A stretch of DNA of 64,000 bases from Candidatus Woesebacteria bacterium. Lineage in GTDB: Bacteria; Patescibacteriota; Microgenomatia; UBA8517. The stretch is from positions 85,036 through 149,035 of the forward strand of contig JAGVAE010000002.1 in the NCBI GenBank assembly GCA_020060565.1. Reading direction: 5' to 3'. The stretch's first letter is position 1; the number at the start of each line of letters is the position of its first letter. The notes under the pieces are model-generated. The model ran no database searches and was not told the DNA's origin. It saw only the letters and a program-made list of their open reading frames with translations. Positions 1-8,204 of the stretch are shown here, piece by piece. A program made the translations under genes and the position numbers.

Positions 1-809
1 TTAATGAGGGTGTTCTCATTCTCAAAAAACCAAGGGTCAAACTTGAAAACTATATGATCGGGACTTCTATCGAGCTTGTTTGTTAATAAGTTGATAATTG
101 AAGTCTTGCCTTCTCCCCATTCTCCTTGTAAAGCAAAAACAAAAGGTGAGTTAAAAGGGAGGTTTGCTATTTGTGAGTGAAATTCATTGACAAAATCCCC
201 TCTGTCTAGAATATCCTCAGACTCTGTAGTTATGGGTTCGTCAGAAATGTCCTGGTCGAAATTTACAACACCCCTTTTATTTAAGACCTTTTTAAGTGGT
301 TTAAGTTTTACAACAATAAGACAAATCAGGTGGGCGAAATAAATGACAGCGAATGCTATAAAAAACGTAACAAAATATGGAAATATAAGGTTTTGTAATC
401 TTTCCCATTTTATTGAATCTATGTAATCTAGGTTTAAGAAATTAATATAAAGTATGAACAAGACAGCTGTAAACAAAATACTGGTTATTATGTTGTCGGG
501 GATGTTGTTGGTAGTCCTGATGTATCTGATACACATTTTGGAGCAGGGGGTGTATGCCACAACCCCACTGAAAAAGGTAAATAGAATTAATATTATTCCA
601 TAATTTGTGTGCCAGAGAGGGATATTTAAAACCAACCAAGAAAGAATTGCATTGACTATAATTTTACTCACAGAAAAATGGACAATAACATTTATCAATA
701 ATGCAAAAATATTAATTTTTACGACATAAAAGAGGGCATCTTTTAAACCCACCGTTGTGAATGAGGATGAGAATAATCTAAGAAGGTTTTTTGTTTTTTT
801 CCAGCCCAT
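1..809 (-). CDS. Membrane-anchored P-loop NTPase with a KAP-like Walker A; the C-terminus runs off the window.
   Basis: My translation of the minus strand from ATG 809..807 is open all the way to position 1. About 5 predicted TM helices are followed by a soluble region containing PFVFALQGEWGEGKTSIINLL, i.e. the GxWGxGKT/S Walker A typical of KAP NTPases. The ORF track omits it because it has no in-window stop. Confidence 0.45.
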   Translation of the reverse strand, partial: MGWKKTKNLLRLFSSSFTTVGLKDALFYVVKINIFALLINVIVHFSVSKIIVNAILSWLVLNIPLWHTNYGIILILFTFFSGVVAYTPCSKMCIRYIRTTNNIPDNIITSILFTAVLFILYINFLNLDYIDSIKWERLQNLIFPYFVTFFIAFAVIYFAHLICLIVVKLKPLKKVLNKRGVVNFDQDISDEPITTESEDILDRGDFVNEFHSQIANLPFNSPFVFALQGEWGEGKTSIINLLTNKLDRSPDHIVFKFDPWFFENENTLI

Positions 810-877
810 ATAAATATATAGGCAGTTCAGAGACAATTATAAGCTTATAAGAAGCATTTAACAAATTGGAATGAATC

Positions 878-1720
878 TTATATTTTGCAGTACTTATTTA
901 CGAATTCGTCAACAATTTTAGTTGCTTCTAAAAAGTATTGTTGAGAGATTGAGTCGGGTAATTCTATTGTTTTATTTACTACATCTAATGACATATTGTA
1001 TGCCTGAGAATCAATACCTTTTGGACAATAGTATTGTCTTAAATTGTGGGGAAGTGTTACTAAAACGAACTCTTGGTTATTTGTTTGTTGTAATTGTTGG
1101 CATTCTGTTTTTGATTTAATTTCCCAGTTTGTTCCTATCTGACAACACGTATACGATCCACTCTGACAGGCCTCTAGGCTTATTTTAATGCTTCTATTTT
1201 CGCACTTTGAACCAGTTGCACCTTTACAGTCTCCAATAAGTTTTTTCGGATCTGGAGTGGGTGTGGCGACAGGTTTTTTGGTGGGTATTGGAGTTGGGAA
1301 TAGAGTGGGGCTTGTGGGGGTTTCTAATTGAGGAGCTGGTGTTTGATTTGTGTTTGACTTTGCAAATGACATTATTCGAAGTTGTAATGTTGCCAAGATG
1401 ATAATGAACAATAAAATGGTTAAAATTAAAATTTTGGGGACACTAAGATTTTTTAAATATCTCGTAATATGTTGAAAGGATTTTTTATAGTTTGGAGGAT
1501 CTTTGATTAAGGTGTAAATGAGCCTAATAAATGCATACAAAATAGCCATTATGATTAGCAAGGGTAGAGGTAAAAAGAAGAGTGATATTTTCTCTGCCCA
1601 AATTGGGGAATTGTTATCCCCAGATATTAGTCGTGTGACCCAGAATAATATGTTTGTTCCAAATATGGAGACCACAACTGCTACAAGAGCGAATATAAAT
1701 TTGCTTCTAAGATTCTTCAT
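878..1720 (-). CDS. Hypothetical membrane protein with TM helices, a Pro/Thr-rich linker and a Cys-rich extracytoplasmic domain.
   Basis: 280-aa ORF. Hydrophobic N-terminal segments, a PTPTP-type linker and a C-terminal domain with about 9 Cys. Confidence 0.45.
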   Translation of the reverse strand: MKNLRSKFIFALVAVVVSIFGTNILFWVTRLISGDNNSPIWAEKISLFFLPLPLLIIMAILYAFIRLIYTLIKDPPNYKKSFQHITRYLKNLSVPKILILTILLFIIILATLQLRIMSFAKSNTNQTPAPQLETPTSPTLFPTPIPTKKPVATPTPDPKKLIGDCKGATGSKCENRSIKISLEACQSGSYTCCQIGTNWEIKSKTECQQLQQTNNQEFVLVTLPHNLRQYYCPKGIDSQAYNMSLDVVNKTIELPDSISQQYFLEATKIVDEFVNKYCKI

Positions 1721-1800
1721 AAAAAATTGGCCTTGAGGTGAGGCTAAAATTTGGTATCCTCGCCACAGCTATATTATGGCATACACGCCATAATTTTACT

Positions 1801-2010
1801 ATGTCGACATTAAATGAAAGGTTCGGGATCAATCTGATGGAATTAAGGAAGAAAAGCAGAATTTCTCAAATGGAGTTAGCAGAAAAATCGAAACTCGACT
1901 TAAAAACCATAAGTAATTTGGAGAATGGTATAAGACAGCCGGTTTTAAAAACAATTTGGAAATTGGCAAATGGTCTAAATGTCAGTATGTCCAAACTTCT
2001 AGATTTTTAA
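1801..2010 (+). CDS. XRE-family helix-turn-helix transcriptional regulator.
   Basis: The ORF is 1738..2010. The internal start MSTLNERFG precedes ISQMELAEKSKLDLKTISNLENG, a classic HTH_XRE motif. Confidence 0.6.
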   Translation: MSTLNERFGINLMELRKKSRISQMELAEKSKLDLKTISNLENGIRQPVLKTIWKLANGLNVSMSKLLDF

Positions 2011-2080
2011 TTATCTCCATTAGGTTATAAATAACGCCATCAAGATTTATACTGAATTCAGGAGTGGTAAGTAGTGGCAT

Positions 2081-2458
2081 ATGAAACAACCTAAATACAT
2101 AACAAAGAAACCTGAATATAGAATCCTCTTAGAGCTTATTAAGAAACACAAACTGTTTTTGTCTAAAGGTAAGGGTTATAACATCCAAGCTATCGTTAAA
2201 ACGCTCCACATTGACCCTAAAACGGCAAGAAAATGGCTAAATACACCCAAGGTTCAGGAAGCCATATCAGAAGAAATTGAATTTTATGTATCTAAGATGC
2301 AAGAAGTTGGGGCTACTGACTGGAAAATGTGGGCAAGACAGATAGAATTTGCATCAAAAAATAAAATGGAGGACTCAGAAGAGATGGGATCTAATGTGAT
2401 AATTATTAGAGATAAAGAGAAAGGCATATTTAGAATAACAGACGAACTACCAATTTAA
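2081..2458 (+). CDS. Hypothetical protein of the mobile element; small basic protein.
   Basis: 125-aa ORF with no motif I can assign. Confidence 0.35.
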   Translation: MKQPKYITKKPEYRILLELIKKHKLFLSKGKGYNIQAIVKTLHIDPKTARKWLNTPKVQEAISEEIEFYVSKMQEVGATDWKMWARQIEFASKNKMEDSEEMGSNVIIIRDKEKGIFRITDELPI

Positions 2459-2813
2459 CCCTTTCCTTTTTATTTGGTCCCATCTAGTACAGGTAGTGGT
2501 TAGAGATAAACCAATGGGTTTTTACCTGTTTTCTGGTGATTTTAATGAGCAATTTTATTCTTTCCAGCCTTGAGTAATAAAGGAAACTAGCAAATTGGTT
2601 ATAATTTTGACTTTTATACTTCATAATTTAAGTTATGTGCCAACAAACATACAAACAAAACAAGTGTAGCCAACTCTTTGAGCTGGTTGACAGATAAGTT
2701 ACGTGCAGAAATATCTTCAATTTTCAATCCCCGTTATGGTAGGAAGTTAACTCCTTTAGAAATTGACGAAATAGCAGAAAGTTTAACGTTGTTTACAGAA
2801 ACAATGACTGGAG

Positions 2814-3002
2814 GTGATTCCGATGGATAAAGTCGACCAAAAAACAACAAAACAGATAAAGATAGATGCCGGGTGGCATAGGTTGTTCAAAATCGCATCT
2901 GCAAAGGCTGGAGTGAGCATCAGGGAGCTTGTAGAGGCCTGTTTTGCTGATTCCCAGAAGAAAATTTGGAAAGAATATGGAATTGGAGCTGTCAATGAGT
3001 GA
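2814..3002 (+). CDS. Ribbon-helix-helix (CopG/Arc-like) small DNA-binding protein.
   Basis: 62 aa. The pattern KQIKIDAGWHRLFKIASAKAGVSIRELVEACF is a beta-strand followed by two helices. Confidence 0.4.
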   Translation: MIPMDKVDQKTTKQIKIDAGWHRLFKIASAKAGVSIRELVEACFADSQKKIWKEYGIGAVNE

Positions 3003-3348
3003 TTTTCAAAAAGCGAGCGAGGTGTTGAAAAAGAGTAACGATAATAACGTTAATAAATATAAATATAATAACGATAGTAACGTTAATGGTAAATACGCCT
3101 TGGATTTAAAAAAATTTACCCCAAATACCGAAGTGAGTGTTTTAGCCAAAGAAATAGCTGAAGATATGAACGATCTGGCCAACTTTGCTTGTTATCTGGA
3201 TGTTGTAAACAAATTGGGAGTACAAGGTGCAAGGGAGCATTGGAGATTAATCAAAAATGACATTTTGGAAAAATCAAAAACTAAAACCCCAGTCCGTTCG
3301 CCTAAAAAGTATTTTATGTATATGTTGAGAATGAAAGGTAGAAAATAA
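2995..3348 (+). CDS. Hypothetical protein translationally coupled to the upstream RHH gene.
   Basis: ATGAGTGA overlap with the RHH stop. N/K-rich 117-aa product (MSDFQKASEVL...). Confidence 0.3.
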   Translation: MSDFQKASEVLKKSNDNNVNKYKYNNDSNVNGKYALDLKKFTPNTEVSVLAKEIAEDMNDLANFACYLDVVNKLGVQGAREHWRLIKNDILEKSKTKTPVRSPKKYFMYMLRMKGRK

Positions 3349-3353
3349 TAGTA

Positions 3354-3382
3354 TTGACATTATCACAGAATGTATATATCAT
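3354..3382 (+). promoter_or_regulatory. Sigma70-like promoter candidate: TTGACA, 17-nt spacer, TATCAT.
   Basis: TTGACA at 3354..3359 and TATCAT at 3377..3382. The likely start codon at 3388 suggests a near-leaderless transcript. Confidence 0.3.
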
Positions 3383-3387
3383 ATATT

Positions 3388-3798
3388 ATGACTAAAATAT
3401 CTACGAGTGAGGCAACAAGAATTCTCGGAATAAATAAACAAACCCTATTTAGGTGGGAAAAAAGTGGATCACTACCAGCTGTTGAGAGAAAGGGTTTAAC
3501 TGAAGCACGTATGTACGATAAAGAGACGATAGAGGAGATTGCTATGTGGAGAAATCTCCGTAAAGAAGAAAAAGCACACCTAAGGAAACTTGGAAAAATT
3601 AGAGAAAAACTAGATAGTTATTTACCCACAAAGCCTCTTGATGCCTTTGAATCACCGAGAATGTTATCCCACGCAGAGTTTTTAGATATGAAAAAAGGGT
3701 ACGAAGATCTAAGAAAGTGGGAAAAGAAATTAGATGAAATTCAAGAAAGTTATTGGAGTTTTGCGAAAGATTATTTTGGAAAAAACTTTGATGAATAA
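3388..3798 (+). CDS. Excisionase/MerR-like HTH DNA-binding protein; possible recombination directionality factor.
   Basis: N-terminal MTKISTSEATRILGINKQTLFRWEKSGSLPAVER is an Xis/MerR-type HTH. It lies directly upstream of the recombinase, with an ATGAATAA overlap. Confidence 0.45.
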   Translation: MTKISTSEATRILGINKQTLFRWEKSGSLPAVERKGLTEARMYDKETIEEIAMWRNLRKEEKAHLRKLGKIREKLDSYLPTKPLDAFESPRMLSHAEFLDMKKGYEDLRKWEKKLDEIQESYWSFAKDYFGKNFDE

Positions 3799-5305
3799 TC
3801 AATCATTACAATATATTATTTATGCTAGAAAGTCGCAGGAAAATAAAGATAGGCAGGTGTTATCCATCGATTCCCAGATAACCGAGCTTCGTGAATTTGC
3901 TGACAAAAACAATCTCAATGTAGTTAAAGAATTTCAAGAAAGTCAGACTGCGTACAAAATTGGAAGACCTATTTTTGCAGAAATGATGGAACTTATTGAA
4001 ATGGGGGTTGCCAATGCAGTTTTAGTTTGGAAACCAGACAGACTTGCTAGAAACGCTATTGATGGAGGGAGGATCATACAGTCAATGGATGACAACTTAC
4101 TTCAAGAAATAAGAACTCCTTATGAAATTTTTCGACAAACAGACAATCGAATGATCGTTTACATATATTTTGGGATGAGCAATGACTATTCAAGACAAAT
4201 TAGTGCAAATGTAAAAAGGGGAAATAGGGAAAAATATAGACGCGGTGAATTTGTAGGAAAAGCACTTCTCGGTTATTTAAATGCTGATGTTGGAAATTCC
4301 AAAAATATAATTTTAGATCCACCTAAATCACAAATAGTGAAAAAACTTTTTGAAGAATACTCGGCAGGATTGTACTCGGTCATTGATATGGTCAAAAAGG
4401 CCGATGTATTGGGATTAAAAGGTATTTACGGAAATCCAATTGCCAAAAGTGGGATGTACAAACTTCTGAAAAATACAGCCTATTATGGTCTGTACAAACA
4501 CGGAGGAGAATATCATCAGGGAAGTTATGAACCTCTAATTTCGATAGATTTATTTAACAAAGTGCAGGATGTGCTAAAAAGTAAAGGGAAACCGAGAAAA
4601 TTTGGTTGGATAAATCACGCTTACAAAGCTAGATTGATTAAATGCGGTGAATGTGGGTGTTCAGTTACAGCTGAAACAAAGAGGAAATTTTATAAGACAA
4701 CAGGTAGGACAGGAATTTACACTTACTATCATTGTACAAAAAGGAGAGGTAAATGTTCGCAAAAGCCAGTATCTGAAGAGGAGATGGAGCAGATGTTGAG
4801 GAAATATGTTTACCGGATAGAGATAGATAAAGAGGTGTGGAATTTGGGCATTGAGTTGTTGAAGGCTAAACATAGTGGTGAGATAAAACAGTCAATTCTA
4901 AGTCGAAGGTTGATAGAAAAAGATTATGAAAAAGTTGACAGAGAACTAGAAAAACTTCTACAGCTTCGAATAGATCAAGAGATCACGGCAGAGGAGTACT
5001 CATCGAGTAAAAAAACACTAATGGATAAAAAGTTGTTAATTAAAGAAAAATTGGGTGATAGGGAACAAACCTCTAACAATTGGTTGGAACTTGCTGAAAA
5101 CTTCTTTGAAACTGCACTTCAGGCACGGAAAATTATGGAAGGTACGGATTTGCAAAGAAAGAGGGATTTGATTCAATCGGTCGGTTGGAACCTCCTTTTG
5201 AAGGATAAAAAACTCGATTTTAGCTTCAAAAAGCCCTATGACATACTACTAAAACCTGATGCACGTACTTCCGTGCAGAGGGGGAGGGATTTGAACCCTC
5301 GATAA
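3791..5305 (+). CDS. Large serine recombinase (integrase).
   Basis: N-terminal resolvase motif YARKSQENKDRQVLSIDSQ with a catalytic Ser, a recombinase domain, and a zinc-ribbon CGECGC...YYHC plus coiled-coil C-terminus. The 3' end overlaps tRNA-Ser(GGA) by 30 nt. Confidence 0.8.
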   Translation: MNNQSLQYIIYARKSQENKDRQVLSIDSQITELREFADKNNLNVVKEFQESQTAYKIGRPIFAEMMELIEMGVANAVLVWKPDRLARNAIDGGRIIQSMDDNLLQEIRTPYEIFRQTDNRMIVYIYFGMSNDYSRQISANVKRGNREKYRRGEFVGKALLGYLNADVGNSKNIILDPPKSQIVKKLFEEYSAGLYSVIDMVKKADVLGLKGIYGNPIAKSGMYKLLKNTAYYGLYKHGGEYHQGSYEPLISIDLFNKVQDVLKSKGKPRKFGWINHAYKARLIKCGECGCSVTAETKRKFYKTTGRTGIYTYYHCTKRRGKCSQKPVSEEEMEQMLRKYVYRIEIDKEVWNLGIELLKAKHSGEIKQSILSRRLIEKDYEKVDRELEKLLQLRIDQEITAEEYSSSKKTLMDKKLLIKEKLGDREQTSNNWLELAENFFETALQARKIMEGTDLQRKRDLIQSVGWNLLLKDKKLDFSFKKPYDILLKPDARTSVQRGRDLNPR

Positions 5306-5362
5306 CCTTGCGGTTATAGCCGATTTCCAATCGACCGCACTAGACCACTATGCGACCCCTCC
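5276..5362 (-). tRNA. tRNA-Ser (anticodon GGA), class II with a long variable arm.
   Basis: Cloverleaf folded by hand. Acceptor GGAGGGG/CCCCTCT (G1·T72 wobble), anticodon loop TTGGAAA, T-arm GAGGG-TTCAAAT-CCCTC. CCA is not encoded. Confidence 0.75.
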
Positions 5363-5377
5363 AGAATCTGTATTATA

Positions 5378-5869
5378 TCAAACAGAACCCTCAAGAAGCT
5401 CTTTGGCTTTTGTTAGCATTTGTTTTTCTCCTCCAAAAGAGAGTCTTTTTTTAGCATCTTCAAAAGATAGCCAAGCTATCTCTTCTGTTTCCCAATCAAA
5501 GCCTTCTGGTAAATCTTTTACATATTCCATTAAAAAGAATGTTACGAATTTTAAAATTTTTCCTCTTTGTGGATCTTTGAAAGAATACATTGAAGTTCCA
5601 ATTTTTTTAACTATCTTTGCCTCAACACCACCCTCTTCATTTACCTCTCTTATTGCAGCCATCTCAAGTGAGGTGGGGTCTGCTTTGATTAGTCCTTTAG
5701 CCATTGGCCCTGGTTGGTCACCATCCTCGTCATCCACTCTTCCTTTGGGAAGCATCCAGTATTGTTTTGGGTATAGTTCACTTTTAGAGGTTTTTCTAAC
5801 AAGCCAAAGTATTTTGTTTTTTTCTTTTTTAAAAACTACTCCCCCTGAAGAAAACTCTCTAGTGGTCAT
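5378..5869 (-). CDS. NUDIX hydrolase.
   Basis: Nudix box GRVDDEDGDQPGPMAKGLIKADPTSLEMAAIREVNEEGGVE. The start at MTTREF avoids overlap with the downstream gene. Confidence 0.65.
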   Translation of the reverse strand: MTTREFSSGGVVFKKEKNKILWLVRKTSKSELYPKQYWMLPKGRVDDEDGDQPGPMAKGLIKADPTSLEMAAIREVNEEGGVEAKIVKKIGTSMYSFKDPQRGKILKFVTFFLMEYVKDLPEGFDWETEEIAWLSFEDAKKRLSFGGEKQMLTKAKELLEGSV

Positions 5870-5874
5870 TGGGT

Positions 5875-6342
5875 TTAAAACATCACTACTTCTTGTTTTT
5901 TGAGGTTGTGTGTTTTTTCCCATTCTTTCAATACTTCTTTTGCTTCTTTTATTATATCCTTCTCTCTTTTGATACTTATTTTTTTAGCGGCATCTGCAAA
6001 ATCCAACCATTTAAATTGATCAAAACCTATAAGTTCACTGCTTCCACCTTTTTGAAGCATTAGATAATAATAAAACTTTTGGGGGATGGATTTGGCATTG
6101 ATTATGGTAGATCCTGTTGCACGCCCAGCCTCTTCCAATACTCTGGCAGCCATTCCACCTTGTTCACTGGCAAGTCTAATAACAGCACGAACAGAAGACT
6201 CTCCACGTCTAACGGTTACTTTTGGAATCTCCCAATCTGGATCGTCTTTTCCTTTAACCAGCAAAAATTGACGTTTACCACGGTTCTCTCTAAAAAGAAC
6301 TGCTCCTCCAATTACTATTTGTTGATTTTTGTTATTTTTCAT
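5875..6342 (-). CDS. NUDIX-like hydrolase with a divergent Nudix box.
   Basis: RRGESSVRAVIRLASEQGG approximates GX5EX7REUXEEXGU. It sits in tandem with the previous NUDIX gene. Confidence 0.5.
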   Translation of the reverse strand: MKNNKNQQIVIGGAVLFRENRGKRQFLLVKGKDDPDWEIPKVTVRRGESSVRAVIRLASEQGGMAARVLEEAGRATGSTIINAKSIPQKFYYYLMLQKGGSSELIGFDQFKWLDFADAAKKISIKREKDIIKEAKEVLKEWEKTHNLKKQEVVMF

Positions 6343-6373
6343 TTTATTTTGAACTCGTTTAAAAATCTTCGTG

Positions 6374-6461
6374 CGGTGGGGGCGAGATTCGAACTCGCGT
6401 GGATGAAATTCACCCCCAAGGTTTTCGAGACCTGGCAGATAAACCGCTCCTGCACCCCACC
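6374..6461 (-). tRNA. tRNA-Ser (anticodon CGA), class II.
   Basis: Acceptor GGTGGGG/CCCCACC, anticodon arm CAGGT-CTCGAAA-ACCTT, long variable arm, T-arm GCGAG-TTCGAAT-CTCGC. 88 nt. Confidence 0.75.
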
Positions 6462-6464
6462 TTG

Positions 6465-6539
6465 TGGTGCACCCACCCAGAATCGAACTGGGACCTAATC
6501 CTCCGCAAGGATCAACTCTATCCGTTAAGCTATGGGTGC
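6465..6539 (-). tRNA. tRNA-Arg (anticodon GCG as read).
   Basis: Acceptor GCACCCA/TGGGTGC is perfect, with an Arg-like D-arm GGATAGAG, anticodon loop TTGCGGA and T-loop TTCGATT. CCA is encoded. Confidence 0.65.
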
Positions 6540-6564
6540 CTTTCGACTCCGCTCAAGGTAAACT

Positions 6565-7143
6565 TTATTTATTCCCAGGCAATTTCTTAGAAACCCAGTT
6601 CGTAACTTTATCAAGTCCTGAGGCAGGTATTTCCTCAAATGGTATATAGGCAGAAATCTCATGCTTCAAACTATCTTTAATTTCAGGATTAATCATTACT
6701 TCAATTCTCCCTGGCATTAAAAATGTTTCAAAAATTAAGATTTCGCTTCCCGATCTTTCTCCAAACCAAAAACGAGACATTGCCTGCCACTCAGTTAGCT
6801 TACCTGCAATTTTTACTCCTTTAGACGTTATTTTATATTCAACATTCTCTGGCGGGACAGTTGAAAGAATGTAGTATAAAAATACTAAAGCTACAATCAA
6901 AATTACTGGCATTATTCCTTCTGCAAGAAAAAGAATCAGACTGATTATACCCGCAATTGCAAAAATTGTTGTATAAAACTGTCTGTCACGCCTCTTAAAT
7001 GGCCTTGCTGGTGCAATCCAAGTAAGAAGTTCACGCTCAGGTTCACGCCTGACAACCACAGCTTGCGGCTCAGAATTTAATGTACTTTCGGAACTAGATT
7101 TTTGATCTGTGGCAGGATCCATAATACGCGTATTATACCTCAA
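6565..7143 (-). CDS. Hypothetical membrane protein with two TM helices.
   Basis: 192-aa ORF containing hydrophobic segments FAIAGIISLILF and VILIVALVFLYYIL. No motif assigned. Confidence 0.4.
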   Translation of the reverse strand: MRYNTRIMDPATDQKSSSESTLNSEPQAVVVRREPERELLTWIAPARPFKRRDRQFYTTIFAIAGIISLILFLAEGIMPVILIVALVFLYYILSTVPPENVEYKITSKGVKIAGKLTEWQAMSRFWFGERSGSEILIFETFLMPGRIEVMINPEIKDSLKHEISAYIPFEEIPASGLDKVTNWVSKKLPGNK

Positions 7144-7170
7144 AAACTGATATAATTGCAGTGCCTAAAC

Positions 7171-7254
7171 GGAGAGCATGCCGAACGGCTAAGGCAACAT
7201 CCTGCTAAGATGTGTCGCGAAAGCGACTGGTGAGTTCGACTCTCACGCTCTCCG
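7171..7254 (+). tRNA. tRNA-Ser (anticodon GCT), class II.
   Basis: Acceptor GGAGAGC/GCTCTCC, 3-bp D-stem, anticodon arm ACATC-CTGCTAA-GATGT, long variable arm, T-arm GTGAG-TTCGACT-CTCAC. Confidence 0.75.
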
Positions 7255-7258
7255 CACT

Positions 7259-7343
7259 GGTGGGTGGGCAGGACGGTAATGCGCGAGTCTTGAAAACTCG
7301 TGAGCGTAAGCTCTAACAGGTTCGACCCCTGTACCCACCGCCA
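7259..7343 (+). tRNA. tRNA-Ser (anticodon TGA), class II; CCA encoded.
   Basis: Acceptor GGTGGGT/ACCCACC, anticodon arm CGAGT-CTTGAAA-ACTCG, long variable arm, T-arm ACAGG-TTCGACC-CCTGT. This is the integration site of the mini-island. Confidence 0.8.
7304..7341 (+). repeat. Left 38-bp direct repeat (attL-like), corresponding to the 3' half of tRNA-Ser(TGA).
   Basis: GCGTAAGCTCTAACAGGTTCGACCCCTGTACCCACCGC is identical to 8205..8242. Confidence 0.8.
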
Positions 7344-7362
7344 ACTTTTTTATCCAATAAAT

Positions 7363-8196
7363 ATGAATACTTACAAAGGCGATATTATTGAAGAATCTTT
7401 GAGTGATAAAGACATTCTCAAAGACATAAATATAATCTCAACCAGGGTCGAAAAGGTGACAAAAGAGCATCAAACGCCGTGGCTTTCTCAATGGACCTTG
7501 GACACGATCGAGGTTAACGATAGTCAATCTGACAATTTAGCTAAAAGTTTAAGCAAAGCCCTTGATTCTAAACATGGCTGGTATATTGATTATCGTAATG
7601 ACAAATATCATTATGTGATTTTTAAAAACAGAGTTTTCAAACTGGATCGTAGTAAAAAATCTGACTATGAAAAAATGATTAAATATGGATTGTCTGTGGG
7701 TACACCAGATTACCAGTTGCCAAACTTTTCTAATTTACCAATTGATGTTTTAGACACTTTTTTGAGAGAAGCGAATTTAAATACTTACGCCAACGAGAAT
7801 GTCAAAAGAGTGTCTTCGCTTCGTCCTGGTTCTAACGATTATCATTTCAAAAAAGGTGACCTAACTTATCATGACACCTATTTTGGTGCCACTAAATTTA
7901 TTGGTGAAGAAATTGTTTATAAAGGTAGTAAAGCCACATGGGGTATGAATTACTATGGTTTTACTGTTAGTAATCAAATAAGTGAGAGTTTGTTTGACGC
8001 GATTTTGCGTCCAGCTTTAATGGCAGGCTCTGGTGATAATATACCAGTTCGTGGACCAAAAGAGTTTATAAACGGCAAATGGAAATATACATTTAAAGCC
8101 GATGGTGACTTGGCAAACTTTACAGGAATAGAGGAAGTTTCTAAAAACGGTAAAGTGATTAGTCGGTTATATTGCCATGGTGGATTCATCGAATGA
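7363..8196 (+). CDS. Hypothetical protein; sole cargo of the tRNA-Ser(TGA) mini-island.
   Basis: 277-aa ORF. The ORF-track start at 7300 would overlap the tRNA, so ATG 7363 is preferred. No catalytic motif recognised; the C-terminal half (WGMNYYGFTV...GKWKYTF) looks beta-rich. Confidence 0.5.
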   Translation: MNTYKGDIIEESLSDKDILKDINIISTRVEKVTKEHQTPWLSQWTLDTIEVNDSQSDNLAKSLSKALDSKHGWYIDYRNDKYHYVIFKNRVFKLDRSKKSDYEKMIKYGLSVGTPDYQLPNFSNLPIDVLDTFLREANLNTYANENVKRVSSLRPGSNDYHFKKGDLTYHDTYFGATKFIGEEIVYKGSKATWGMNYYGFTVSNQISESLFDAILRPALMAGSGDNIPVRGPKEFINGKWKYTFKADGDLANFTGIEEVSKNGKVISRLYCHGGFIE

Positions 8197-8204
8197 ACCG
8201 AAAT

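Noticed and set aside
442-639. 65-aa ORF from the track in the first kilobase.
   Set aside because: It is in a different frame from the long open frame I translated, which has clear TM helices and a Walker A motif. Likely spurious.
3734-3790. Upstream start of the serine recombinase ORF (MKFKKVIGV…).
   Set aside because: It overlaps most of the Xis-like gene's 3' end. The Ser-resolvase domain begins right after the second Met (3791), which also gives the classic ATGAATAA coupling.
7300-7362. ORF-track start of the 298-aa ORF at 7300, running through tRNA-Ser(TGA).
   Set aside because: The upstream part overlaps the tRNA and the 38-bp repeat. ATG at 7363 gives a sensible start after the tRNA.
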